DNA of 64,000 nucleotides from Cyanobacteria bacterium J06626_4 (lineage in GTDB: Bacteria; Cyanobacteriota; Cyanobacteriia; Phormidesmidales; Phormidesmidaceae), in the NCBI GenBank assembly GCA_038523235.1, contig JBCBJQ010000001.1:147546-211545 (forward strand), written 5' to 3'. A program made the translations under genes and the position numbers. This document shows positions 39,950-49,639 of the stretch, piece by piece. How positions within the stretch are numbered: the first letter of the stretch is position 1; each line of letters opens with the position of its first letter. A model generated the notes under the pieces. It had not been told where the DNA came from. It saw only the letters and a list, made by a program, of their open reading frames with translations, and did no database searches.

Positions 39950-42709
39950 TTAGCCCTCGCGCTCAACGACAATGACGTTTTCCGTCACCTTCTCAAAGGT
40001 GTCATCGTGGCTAATCACAAACAGCTGCTTGAAGCTGCGAATGCGGGCGATCGCCTCGGCCAAACTCTCGCGTCGAGGCCGATCCATATTGGTGGTCGGT
40101 TCATCAAAGAAGGCAATATCGATATCAGCTAGCACCTTGAGCAGCGCCAGCCGCACCGCGAGAGCCGCACACATTTGTTCCCCTCCCGATAGGTTCACAA
40201 AGCGCCGTGTGTTTGGCCCTTCTTGCACCAGAATTTCGTAATCTCGCGTCCAGGTAAGGGCGACATTGGGACGGTTAAGCAGTTCGCGAAAGAGGCGATC
40301 GCCCTCCCGAGAAATTTGCTGCACATAGCGTTCAGTAATGCGCGGCCCGGCTTCTTTGTAAGCTTTACGGGCAAAGTTGACGAAGCGTTTGATGCGATCG
40401 CGTTGCTGACGCTCCTCAATGGCCGTATCCCGCTGTGCAGCCAGCGCCTTGAGATCAGCGATCTGGCGCTGCAGCTCCGCCAGCAACTGCTGCTGCTGCG
40501 GCAGGCTACCCGCTAGGCGATCGCGCTCTGAGCGTACCGTCTGGTAGGTCTGCGCTACCTGTTGCGCCGTCTGCGGGTCAAAATTGCTCTGGGCTTGAGC
40601 CAACGCGGTTTGCAGCTGGGTGGCGGCAGCTTCCAGTTCAGCGATCGCTTGGCGGGCAGTCGTCAGTTCTTGAATCAGACGGGTTTCATCTTGAGCGGCG
40701 CGTTCGTATTGCAAATATTGTTGATAGCCTGCCTGGTGGATTTGTTTGGCTTGAGTTTGGGTTGCAATGTCAGTATCCAAAGTCTCAAAGGCGTGCAGCT
40801 GCTGTTCGAGGTCGTCAATCTGCTGTTGAATGCCGGCCTGCGCGGCCTGCATCTCGTCATAGCGCTTTTGCACAGTCGGCTGCTGCCGTTGCGATCGCGT
40901 CAGCACTGCGCAGCGACCTTTGGGGTCTTCGAGGGCTTGCAAGGCAGCCTGCACTGCCCTTAAGCGATCGCGGAGAGCCTTGCCCTCGTCAAGCTGTTGC
41001 TGTAGGTGTTCCAGCCGCTCCATCAAGGTGGCTTGCTCAGTCTGTAACTGGGTCAACTGCTGCCGTCGCTCGGGCAGAACAGCGACTTGATTTTGATATT
41101 TAGCCAGCTCAGCCAAGCGTGTTTGGCAAGCCTGCAGTTGCGATCGCAATGCCTCGGCATCGGTCTGGGCTGACAGGTCATCTAAGATTTGCTGCACCGA
41201 CCCCAGCATGTTCTGGTGGACTGCAACCCCGGTTTCCAAGGCTTGCTGGATGGCCGCGATTGTCGCCGACTCTGGCGGCTGGGTTGGGGACAGCTGGGCC
41301 AAAGCCTGCAGCGCCTCGGCCACTTGCGCTTGGGTGCGATCACTCGTCTCTCGCCCTTGACTGACTAGCCGCTGCAGTTCCGTCTCAAACTGCCGGGCCG
41401 CCTCCAGCCGACTGAGCTGCTGCTGCAGACGATCGCGCTGCGGGGCTAAGTCAGACGCCGCAGCCACCGTTTGTTCCAGAGCCTGCAGGCGATCGATCTC
41501 TTGGCCGGTTTTGGTCACCTGTTGCGCCTGCCGCGTCTGCTGTTTAGCCGTGGCTTGGTGTTCGCCTCGCACTTGGGCTAGGGTCGTTTGCGCCTGCTGT
41601 AGGGCCTGGAGTTGCGCTTCTAACTCAGTCTGTTGTTGCACCTGGGGCTGTAGCTGGGCGATTTCTGCGGTGGCGGCCTCAAATCCATCGAGTTGCACTT
41701 TGAGTCGGGTGATATCCGCTGCGCGCTGATCAAGGGTCTTCCGCAGCTTTTGCTGGCTTTTTTGCCGGTTCTGGCGTTCGGTCTGCTCGCGCGCCAGGGT
41801 TTGTAGGGCAGTCTCAGCGGCTTGATAGGTCTCATAGGCAGGGCGCACCGTCACGCAAATTTTGGCCGCTTGCTGAGCTTGCTCTAAGGACTGGGTTAAT
41901 AGTGCGATCGCCTGCTGCCGCCCCGCCATATCGGCTTGGGTCTGCTGCTGCTGGGTTTGCAACTGCTGAATTTGGGTGGCTTGAGCCTGCAGGGCATCGC
42001 GTTCTTGCGTCAGCTTCTGGAGCTGCTGATCAAAGGCGGCGAGCTGCCTCTCGTTGTGCGTAATTTCTGTCGCGATCGCCTGCTGTCGCGTCTGCAGTTC
42101 GTCCCAGGTGGCCAAGCGCTCCTCAAAACGCGCAATTTCTGCCGTCACCGCTTCCGCTTTCGCTTCCGCATAGCGCCGCAGGCTATTTAGCTCTTTGTAA
42201 ACCGTTTTGTACTCTTCTACCTTGAGCACCTTGTCAAACACGGTTTTGCGATTCTCCGCCGTTTGCAAAAAATCGGCGGTAAAGGTGCCCTGAGGCACCC
42301 CCACGGTGCGGGCAAACAGTTCGCCTAAATCAGTGCCGGGGGCGACCCCCAAATGTTCTCGCAGCCAGGGCAACACCTCATCTTTGATACGGGTATAGGG
42401 CAAGCGCTGATTGAGCTGCGGATCAAACAGCGTGTAACCCTTGTTAGTGTGGCGCTGCACGGTGTAGGTACGGTCGTCTTGATTAGAGATGAACTCGACC
42501 GTGACTTCGGCGCTGCCGCTGCCATTGCGAATTAGATCGTCTTTGGCATAGTCGCCCAGATAGTTAAACAGCACCCAGGCGATCGCTTCCAAAATGCTGG
42601 TTTTGCCCGCCCCATTTTCGCCACAAATGGCGTTGGTACCTGGTGCAAAGGTGAATTGGCGATCGCGGTGAGTCTTAAAGTTTTTGAGGGTGACGGAAAG
42701 AATCTGCAT
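39950..42709 (-). CDS. Rad50/SbcC-like SMC-family ATPase
   Basis: GENGAGKTS Walker A, Q-loop VPQG, about 600-aa coiled coil, LSGGE signature, FFDEPT Walker B, ISHD; no CxxC. Confidence 0.9.
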   Translation of the reverse strand: MQILSVTLKNFKTHRDRQFTFAPGTNAICGENGAGKTSILEAIAWVLFNYLGDYAKDDLIRNGSGSAEVTVEFISNQDDRTYTVQRHTNKGYTLFDPQLNQRLPYTRIKDEVLPWLREHLGVAPGTDLGELFARTVGVPQGTFTADFLQTAENRKTVFDKVLKVEEYKTVYKELNSLRRYAEAKAEAVTAEIARFEERLATWDELQTRQQAIATEITHNERQLAAFDQQLQKLTQERDALQAQATQIQQLQTQQQQTQADMAGRQQAIALLTQSLEQAQQAAKICVTVRPAYETYQAAETALQTLAREQTERQNRQKSQQKLRKTLDQRAADITRLKVQLDGFEAATAEIAQLQPQVQQQTELEAQLQALQQAQTTLAQVRGEHQATAKQQTRQAQQVTKTGQEIDRLQALEQTVAAASDLAPQRDRLQQQLSRLEAARQFETELQRLVSQGRETSDRTQAQVAEALQALAQLSPTQPPESATIAAIQQALETGVAVHQNMLGSVQQILDDLSAQTDAEALRSQLQACQTRLAELAKYQNQVAVLPERRQQLTQLQTEQATLMERLEHLQQQLDEGKALRDRLRAVQAALQALEDPKGRCAVLTRSQRQQPTVQKRYDEMQAAQAGIQQQIDDLEQQLHAFETLDTDIATQTQAKQIHQAGYQQYLQYERAAQDETRLIQELTTARQAIAELEAAATQLQTALAQAQSNFDPQTAQQVAQTYQTVRSERDRLAGSLPQQQQLLAELQRQIADLKALAAQRDTAIEERQQRDRIKRFVNFARKAYKEAGPRITERYVQQISREGDRLFRELLNRPNVALTWTRDYEILVQEGPNTRRFVNLSGGEQMCAALAVRLALLKVLADIDIAFFDEPTTNMDRPRRESLAEAIARIRSFKQLFVISHDDTFEKVTENVIVVEREG

Positions 42710-42957
42710 AAACTATATTTTGGCCCGTTAAGTGACGGCAAGCCGCACTTCGACAAAATCACTCGGGATGGCGTAGAGCCTGGCCTTTCTCGAAGGGGAT
42801 GCGGCTCTACCGTCGTGGCCCGTTGGTTCGCTTTAGCGAAGCTATGCCCCACGGATGGTTGCCTCAGGGTAATACCGCCGACTGATTCAGGCCGGGCAAT
42901 CGCCATCACAACCCAAAGGAGATCGCCATTGAGGTGCATCAGTCTGGAGCAGGCGGG

Positions 42958-43557
42958 CTAGTCCTGGCCACCAGTGAGGTCAGGCGCGATCTCGTTGCCC
43001 ACCGCGCCCAGGCAGCTATAGCGATAATCGCCGTAGTTCATCTCGGCCCCGCAGAGAATCGCCCCATTAAAGTTACCGCTGACGAGCACAACGTTGCTGA
43101 GATCAGCAGCAATTAATACCGCATCGACGAACAGAGAGTCTTCAATGTAGGCATTGCCGAACCGAGTGCCATAGAGCGATGCGGCCGTAAAATCTGATTC
43201 ATAAAAAGTGGCCTCATGCAGCAGCGCCGCATCCAAGGTCGCCGCAATCGCCGATGCCTTGGCCAGGTAAGCACCACTCAAATCGGCACCACTCAGATCG
43301 GCGCCGTCTAAATTGCTGTGGTAAAGGTTGGCCTCAGTTAAGTTGGCCCGCTGTAAGTTAGCGCCGCTTAGATCTAACCGTCTGAGGTCAGCGCCCGAGA
43401 GGTTGCAGTCGGGGCAATCGCCGGTGCTAATCAGTTGAGTCAAGGCCTCGCGATCAAAGGCCTGACTGGGGGCGGCGATCGCCAAACCGCTGAACAGGGC
43501 AAGCACGCCGCTGAACAGGCCCAACTGTTTTTGATATAGGCGATCGCTGATATGCAT
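42958..43557 (-). CDS. Pentapeptide repeat protein, exported
   Basis: Signal peptide, C.DCNLSGADL, A(D/N)Lxx repeats. Confidence 0.9.
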   Translation of the reverse strand: MHISDRLYQKQLGLFSGVLALFSGLAIAAPSQAFDREALTQLISTGDCPDCNLSGADLRRLDLSGANLQRANLTEANLYHSNLDGADLSGADLSGAYLAKASAIAATLDAALLHEATFYESDFTAASLYGTRFGNAYIEDSLFVDAVLIAADLSNVVLVSGNFNGAILCGAEMNYGDYRYSCLGAVGNEIAPDLTGGQD

Positions 43558-43876
43558 AGCTATTGAGTCCTATGTTTAGAGGTGGTCAGGTGAGCGTCCC
43601 GCACATGTGCCGGATGGGATCAGGCAACTTTTTATACGGACTGAGACAAGTTACGCTTTCTGAAATCTTTCCAGAAAGATCTCAATTCATCGACAATTTG
43701 ATCTAATAATAGCCATGCTCTAGGTGATTCAAGGGTTTTGGTTGGTAAAAGGGCAGGTCTTTACTTTCTCTTTACTGAACAATATTGGCGGCATTAGGCT
43801 GCAGATTCTGCGTCATCATGGGCACCTAGACCTACGGCAATCGTCTCTACATTGGGTGAGATTCAACGGGTGAATT

Positions 43877-45088
43877 ATGAAAACAATAAAAGCATTTAAG
43901 TTTGTTGCAGTTGCTGCCGCCGCCACCATCGGGGTTCTCGGCAGTACGATTGCAACACTCGCTGCAGATTTTGGTTCTTTAGAAGTTGACCAAAGTCAGT
44001 ATCTATCAGTGGCGATTCCAGGCGGCAGCTTCATTCCTTATCAGCTATGGCTGATTCGTGAGCGCACCCCTGGGGCAAACTGCTTTGATGTGAGTGGCAC
44101 CAGTCCGGGCGTGGTTGATCCGCTGTGGCGCGAAAATACCAGCGGCTGTGCCCCGACTTCCGATTCGAATGGCTATTCCATCCGCGTGGGTGGCGAAGAG
44201 TTAGGGTCGGCCTATTCCTTAGTCGTCAAAGAGTCGGGCGATGAGCTGGTGCTGATGGGGCAGCCCATCCGAGGCTCTTCAATTTTGATTGGTCGCACGG
44301 GCGGTATTAGTGCGAACGGCTATACCGAAATCAAGCTACAGCCGGGCTGGCGCATTACCCAACGCACCTATGAAGGCGAAGCCCTCGGTCACTTTTATTA
44401 CACCAACGATGCGACTCTGGCGGAGCTAGAGACCGATGACGGTGTAGCGATCAACCCGACGCCGACGCCGGATCCGACACCTGACGTAGAGTATCCTTTC
44501 CCCGATATTTCGCGGGACATTTATGCTACGGAAATTGCCTTAGCCGTTGATAAAGGCCTCGTCGCGGGACAGCAGGACGGCACCTTTAGCCCCGAACGTC
44601 CGGTGACCCGCGAAGAAGCGGCTTCCATCGTGGTTGAGGCCCTCGGTACTAAAGGGCTGGCAACGGCTGTCGCGGTCACAGCCGCACCGTTTCCAGACGT
44701 CGCCTCCGATCGCTGGAGCGCTGAAAAAATTACGATTTTGAAAAATGCTGGCATCGTGACCGGTGATCCCTCTGGCAACTACCGCCCGACGGATACGGTT
44801 ACCCGCGCTGAGCTCATGTCAATGCTGCGTCGCACCGCTGAGGTGGTGGCCTCAGCGGAAGGGATTCGGCCGGAAGAAATTGAGCCGACGGGTGAAGTCT
44901 TTAACTTCTCTGACACATCTGGTCACTGGAACGAAGAAACCATCGGCGTCATGTCAGCCTACTGTGGTGTTGCCACGCCTTTCAACGAAAGAGGCAGTGA
45001 GTTTCGACCCAATGCCCAGTCGCTGCGGAACTACACCACCGCTGCCGTTTATCGACTCTTTGACTGTGGGGCCACCCCAGTTCAATAA
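43877..45088 (+). CDS. Exported DUF3747-like domain plus S-layer homology (SLH) domain protein
   Basis: Signal peptide; DSNGYSIRVGG, IGRTGG, L.PGW.IT.R.YEG..LGH.Y; PTP linker; FPD..., F.P...VTREE, VTRAE SLH repeats. Confidence 0.8.
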   Translation: MKTIKAFKFVAVAAAATIGVLGSTIATLAADFGSLEVDQSQYLSVAIPGGSFIPYQLWLIRERTPGANCFDVSGTSPGVVDPLWRENTSGCAPTSDSNGYSIRVGGEELGSAYSLVVKESGDELVLMGQPIRGSSILIGRTGGISANGYTEIKLQPGWRITQRTYEGEALGHFYYTNDATLAELETDDGVAINPTPTPDPTPDVEYPFPDISRDIYATEIALAVDKGLVAGQQDGTFSPERPVTREEAASIVVEALGTKGLATAVAVTAAPFPDVASDRWSAEKITILKNAGIVTGDPSGNYRPTDTVTRAELMSMLRRTAEVVASAEGIRPEEIEPTGEVFNFSDTSGHWNEETIGVMSAYCGVATPFNERGSEFRPNAQSLRNYTTAAVYRLFDCGATPVQ

Positions 45089-45177
45089 GACAGTCTGACG
45101 TAGTGAGCGATCGCTGACAACCAAGAGTACTCACTGATAGTTCCTATCTCCCCTGAGGTCATTAGCCTTGGGGGATT

Positions 45178-46026
45178 TTATTTGGTCGCCGTCAAAATGC
45201 CATAGCGCACCAATCCACGCTGAAAGCCCCAGCGCATTAGCCCCAGCGCCAGTGCCCCCTGCAGGGTTTGCGGGCCCGCTTGCCACAGCCCCACGATCGC
45301 CTCCCACTGCAGGGCTGAGCTAATCACCGCATCCCAAAAAGGGGCCACCGCATCAGACCAGTCAGCCGGGCGCACGGCGCGATATCCAGCCTGGGTTGCC
45401 AGTTGGGCGTAGTCGGGCAGCGACAGCACATAGGGCAAATGGTAGACCTGATAAAGCGCATCTAAATGCCACTGTTCAGACTGAGTGAGGACACCCGCGA
45501 GGGACTCGGTTGGTCGGTGACACCAGGTAGCCATAAGCAGCCTGCCGCCGGGCTTGAGCAAGCGATAGCTCTCTTGAAAAAACTGCCCTTTGTCAGGATA
45601 GTGCTCGCCGCTTTCCATCGACCAGATCAGGTCGAACTGCTCATCGGGAAATGGCGTATTCAGCACGTCAGCGACTTGAAACTGGGCGCGCTCAGCCAGC
45701 CCGGCGATCGCCGCTCGTTCGGTCGCCCGAGCTGCCTGTTTGGGACTCAGCGTTAGGCCCATAACCTCAGCATCGTAGCGATCGCCTAAATACAGCGCAC
45801 TGCCGCCAATGCCGCACCCCGCATCCAAGATCTTGCGAGCTTGCTGGATCTCAGCCCATTGCAGCAGAGCATCGATCAGGTCAACTTGAGCCTGTTGCTG
45901 GTCTTTTTGATGCGTGCCGGTCAGGCCATAAAACCCGTGGTGCATGTGCTCACCCCACGTCCGCTCCCAAAGGCCAGAGGACTCGTCGTAGAAAGTTTGA
46001 ATGTTTTGATACAGGTCTGAACTCAT
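45178..46026 (-). CDS. SAM-dependent methyltransferase, gamma-tocopherol methyltransferase-like
   Basis: FYDESSGLWE..WGEHMHHG.Y, LDAGCGIGGS, WSMESGEH, LKPGG. Confidence 0.85.
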   Translation of the reverse strand: MSSDLYQNIQTFYDESSGLWERTWGEHMHHGFYGLTGTHQKDQQQAQVDLIDALLQWAEIQQARKILDAGCGIGGSALYLGDRYDAEVMGLTLSPKQAARATERAAIAGLAERAQFQVADVLNTPFPDEQFDLIWSMESGEHYPDKGQFFQESYRLLKPGGRLLMATWCHRPTESLAGVLTQSEQWHLDALYQVYHLPYVLSLPDYAQLATQAGYRAVRPADWSDAVAPFWDAVISSALQWEAIVGLWQAGPQTLQGALALGLMRWGFQRGLVRYGILTATK

Positions 46027-46322
46027 GGCACTTTTGCGACTCCTAGGGCAGTGTAGTCTTCTGCCGCAACTCCTGGAAAGATGGTCAGGCCTTTTCTTGT
46101 CATCAGCGAAAATTTGAAACCCGTGATGTGGGGTCGAGCGGCCAGGCCTGACGTCCCGACCGCGCCCCGAAAAATGCCCTAACCGCATTATTTCCTGCCA
46201 CAAAGCTGAAACAGCCCGACAACTCATGAAAAGATAGGGAGCGATGTTGCTGGCCTCTAGGGTTGCAAACCGCTGGGTTTGTTAGAGTCAGCCGCAAGCT
46301 GTCTTTCAGTCTTTAAAGATCC

Positions 46323-47672
46323 ATGGGCTCGTTTGAAATGACCGTCCCGCGAACCATCTGCGCGGGCTTTTTGATGTTGATTGCGCTGGGTACAGCGCTG
46401 CTCTGGTTGCCGCTCGCGACGGCGACCGGGCAGTGGAATGAACCGATTGTGGCGTTTTTTACCGCGACGTCAGCAGTCTGTGTCACGGGGCTCATCGTCG
46501 TCGATACCGGCAGCTATTACTCGCCCCTCGGGCAGTTCATTATTCTGTTGCTGATTCAGGTGGGGGGGTTGGGCTATATGACAGCGACCACCCTCTTACT
46601 GCTGGTGTTAAAGCGGCGCTTACGGCTCAAAGAGCGGTTGGCAGTTCAACAATCGATGGATATTCAAGAGCTGTCAGGCGGGCGATCGCTAATTATTTCG
46701 ATCATTGGCATGACCCTGATCATTGAGCTGACCGGGGCGTTTTGCCTGATGCCCACGATGATGCGCGAACACGGCCCGGCGTGGGGTCTCTGGTCAGCCC
46801 TCTTTCATAGCATTAGCGCCTTTAACAATGCGGGGTTCAGCCTGTTTGAAGACAGCCTAGTGCGTTATGTGCATTCGGGCTGGGTCACCGGAGTGATTAC
46901 GCTCTTAGTGATTTTTGGCGGCATTGGCTACCAGGTGATTATGGAAGCCTTTTTGTGGGGCCGCGATCGCCTGCTGCAGCGCTCACAGCGCAGTGAGTTT
47001 TCCCTCAACTTCAAAGTGGTCGTCGTGACGACTTTGGTGCTGTTGCTGCTGGGTACGTTCGCATTCCTCGTGGTGGAATATACCAATCCCGCCACCTTGG
47101 GTTATTTCCCCTTCCAAACCAAGCTGTCAGCGGCTTGGTTTCAGTCGGTGATTGCCCGCACGGCTGGCTTCAACTCCGTTGACATCAACGCAATGCATGA
47201 TGCGTCGTTGTTTCTGATGATTGCCCTCATGTTTATTGGGGCCAGCCCTGGCAGCACTGGCGGCGGCGTCAAAACCACCACGATTAGTCTGCTATTTGTC
47301 TGCACCCGCACCGTTTTGCGGGGCTACGACGAGGTGCTAATCTACCGCCGTGAGATTCCCCCCATGCGCATTCTCAAAGCCATTAGCGTGGTCGTGGGCT
47401 CGGGGCTCACGGTGGTCGGTGTCACCATCGCGCTGGCCTTATTTAATCCTGGATTTAATTTCTTAAGACTGCTGTTTGAGGCCGTTTCGGCCTTTGCCAC
47501 GGTGGGGCTCTCGACTGGCATCACGGCGGAGCTCTCGACCCCCTCACAGCTGGTGATCATCGCCACGATGTATGTGGGTCGCGTGGGGGTGCTGCTCTTT
47601 ATGGGAGCGCTCGTGGGCGACCACAGCCCCAGCATGGTGAAGTATCCCGAAGAGGATCTGTTGGTCGGCTAA
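46323..47672 (+). CDS. ktrB: TrkH/KtrB family potassium uptake membrane subunit
   Basis: SAVCVTGL, SAFNNAGF, RTAGF, GASPGSTGGG.K, SAFATVGLS pore loops. Confidence 0.9.
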   Translation: MGSFEMTVPRTICAGFLMLIALGTALLWLPLATATGQWNEPIVAFFTATSAVCVTGLIVVDTGSYYSPLGQFIILLLIQVGGLGYMTATTLLLLVLKRRLRLKERLAVQQSMDIQELSGGRSLIISIIGMTLIIELTGAFCLMPTMMREHGPAWGLWSALFHSISAFNNAGFSLFEDSLVRYVHSGWVTGVITLLVIFGGIGYQVIMEAFLWGRDRLLQRSQRSEFSLNFKVVVVTTLVLLLLGTFAFLVVEYTNPATLGYFPFQTKLSAAWFQSVIARTAGFNSVDINAMHDASLFLMIALMFIGASPGSTGGGVKTTTISLLFVCTRTVLRGYDEVLIYRREIPPMRILKAISVVVGSGLTVVGVTIALALFNPGFNFLRLLFEAVSAFATVGLSTGITAELSTPSQLVIIATMYVGRVGVLLFMGALVGDHSPSMVKYPEEDLLVG

Positions 47673-47812
47673 TGCCAGTGCCGGGTGCCGTTAAGGAAAA
47701 CGTCTAGCAGGGCAGCCTTTTGGCCTCACTGCAGTTGGCGACATAGCAGAGGGTAGGGGCTTTGCAAGAAATCTTCTGAAGCCATCCAGTTAACCAGGCA
47801 GGGAAAAATCCA

Positions 47813-48196
47813 ATGGAATTGTTAGAGATTTGGGAGCACAGCCTCAATGGGTTTGTGATGGTAGCCAAACTGGTTTTGGAAACCATCTCAGTTTTTTGCG
47901 TGGTGCTCGGCTTGCTAAAGACGATTCAGCTGACATTCAGATTGCGCCACCGACGGCAGCGAGGCGAAGATTTTCCCTTTAATCAACTGCGACTCAAATT
48001 TGGAACTTGGCTGGCGCTAGCCTTGGAGTTTCAGCTAGCGGCTGACATCTTATCGACCACGGTCGCCCCCACGATGGAAGACTTGGGCAAGCTCGTCATC
48101 GTCGCCATTGTCCGCACCTTTCTGAATTACTTTCTCAACAAAGAGTTGGAAGCAGAGATGGAACAGGAAAGACAAAAGCAGCTGCAGGAAGCCTGA
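47813..48196 (+). CDS. DUF1622 family membrane protein
   Basis: LALEFQLAADIL.T..APT..DLG.L...A..RTFLNYFL..E. Confidence 0.85.
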   Translation: MELLEIWEHSLNGFVMVAKLVLETISVFCVVLGLLKTIQLTFRLRHRRQRGEDFPFNQLRLKFGTWLALALEFQLAADILSTTVAPTMEDLGKLVIVAIVRTFLNYFLNKELEAEMEQERQKQLQEA

Positions 48197-48351
48197 TGCC
48201 ATTTCCTCGTGGTTAGACTGTCAAGGCAATTTTGGCAATGCAGGGGAGCCAAGGGAGCAGAGGGGCAGATTTGTCGTTTTGTTTCAGAGAATGGGGAGAA
48301 CGGTTGGTCGCGATCGCTCATCAGATTGATAGCCGCACGCGAACAACACAG

Positions 48352-49446
48352 TTACGTCGCCGCTGTCGTCCCATAGCGAAGGAAATGCAAACCGCTGTAA
48401 AGATGAAAAGCCGGATCCCAGTTGCTGTCCTTGAGGCGAGCGAGTTCGATGTGAGGTTTGAGGGGGGGCAGCAGGTCGAGAAACTCCACCGCCCCTTCGC
48501 CAAACTTGGTAAAACCCTTGTGAATTGGGGCATCAACCTGCTGCTGTAAGTATTGCACCAACGCCTGCCACTGTGGCCGGGTCGAAAAGGCCTTATCAGG
48601 AATAGCCTCAGCATTGGGCAGCGGATTGCCTTTGCGAAAGTCGTAGGTGCGATCGCAGAGCCGCAGCACGCAGCGCCGCTGATGACAGTGCAGATCAACG
48701 ATCTCGGCATAGTCTTGCGTTTGCTCTTTGCGGGTCAGCTGTCGGCGGGCAGTCGTATCCACCACAGATTCAAACATGGGGAGCTGGCCCAACACGATTT
48801 GCGAGATTTCTGACCAGTCAAAGGTGATCGCTCCCAGTTGCCCCGTCGCATTTTTGCAAACGACTTCGGCGGTAGGCTGCACCCGCCGAAAATTTTGCAC
48901 CCGAAACACCTGAATTGCTTGGATTTCTGCATGCTTGGCCCAAAAGGCCGGCGTGTGAGCAGCGGTCAAGGCTTGAGTGTAATATTGCAAATCGCCAATC
49001 GGCCCCACCCGATACAGCCGCCACTCTCGACTCGGAATTTGCCACCGCGCGGTATAGGCATCAATGCCCGTCACCTGGGCTAACCCTTGGGCCGCAGCCT
49101 GCCGCTGCTCTCCTGTCACGGGCTCTAAGCATAAAAGACCGGGCGCCTGACCATCGGGTTGAGCGCGGGCGGCTTCGAGGGCGCTAGCTTGCGCCGCATC
49201 GCGTTGTGTCTGCACCCGCTGAATGCCTTGGCGAGCCTGTACCATCACCTTGGAGTTGGCGGTTTGTCGCAGCAGTTTCAGATAGGTTTTTTCGGCCTGA
49301 TCCCAACGTTCGGTCGCCTCCTGATATTGGCCTGCGGCCAGCAAAAATTTAGGATCTTTAGCGTCTTTCTGCTGCCACTGCTGCAGTAGGGTAGCGGCGG
49401 TGCGAAAGTCTTTTTTTTCCAAGGCCGCAGCGATCGCATCCTGCAT
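48352..49446 (-). CDS. Hypothetical protein with N-terminal TPR-like helices
   Basis: 364-aa ORF; TPR-like A..LL..W, AE..Y..LL pattern. Confidence 0.6.
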   Translation of the reverse strand: MQDAIAAALEKKDFRTAATLLQQWQQKDAKDPKFLLAAGQYQEATERWDQAEKTYLKLLRQTANSKVMVQARQGIQRVQTQRDAAQASALEAARAQPDGQAPGLLCLEPVTGEQRQAAAQGLAQVTGIDAYTARWQIPSREWRLYRVGPIGDLQYYTQALTAAHTPAFWAKHAEIQAIQVFRVQNFRRVQPTAEVVCKNATGQLGAITFDWSEISQIVLGQLPMFESVVDTTARRQLTRKEQTQDYAEIVDLHCHQRRCVLRLCDRTYDFRKGNPLPNAEAIPDKAFSTRPQWQALVQYLQQQVDAPIHKGFTKFGEGAVEFLDLLPPLKPHIELARLKDSNWDPAFHLYSGLHFLRYGTTAAT

Positions 49447-49639
49447 AGGGGCTATCTCTCCCGCTTTTTGCTGGTTTTATTCTAAGCGGTGTTATCCCCA
49501 ACCTGGTCTAGGGCGCAGTTGCCCGACTTCCATTGCCCACTTACCATCATCGCCCCTATGCCGACCCGCCACCGACCCACTTGCCGCTGCCACTCAGAAC
49601 ACCAATACTCGCCACCGCTGCCGTTCTCAAGCTGCCAAT

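Noticed and set aside
40195..42961. Numerous 60-135 aa antisense and alternate-frame ORFs within the Rad50-like gene (and similar ones across the window)
   Set aside because: Expected shadow ORFs in GC-rich coding DNA; none has a recognisable domain.
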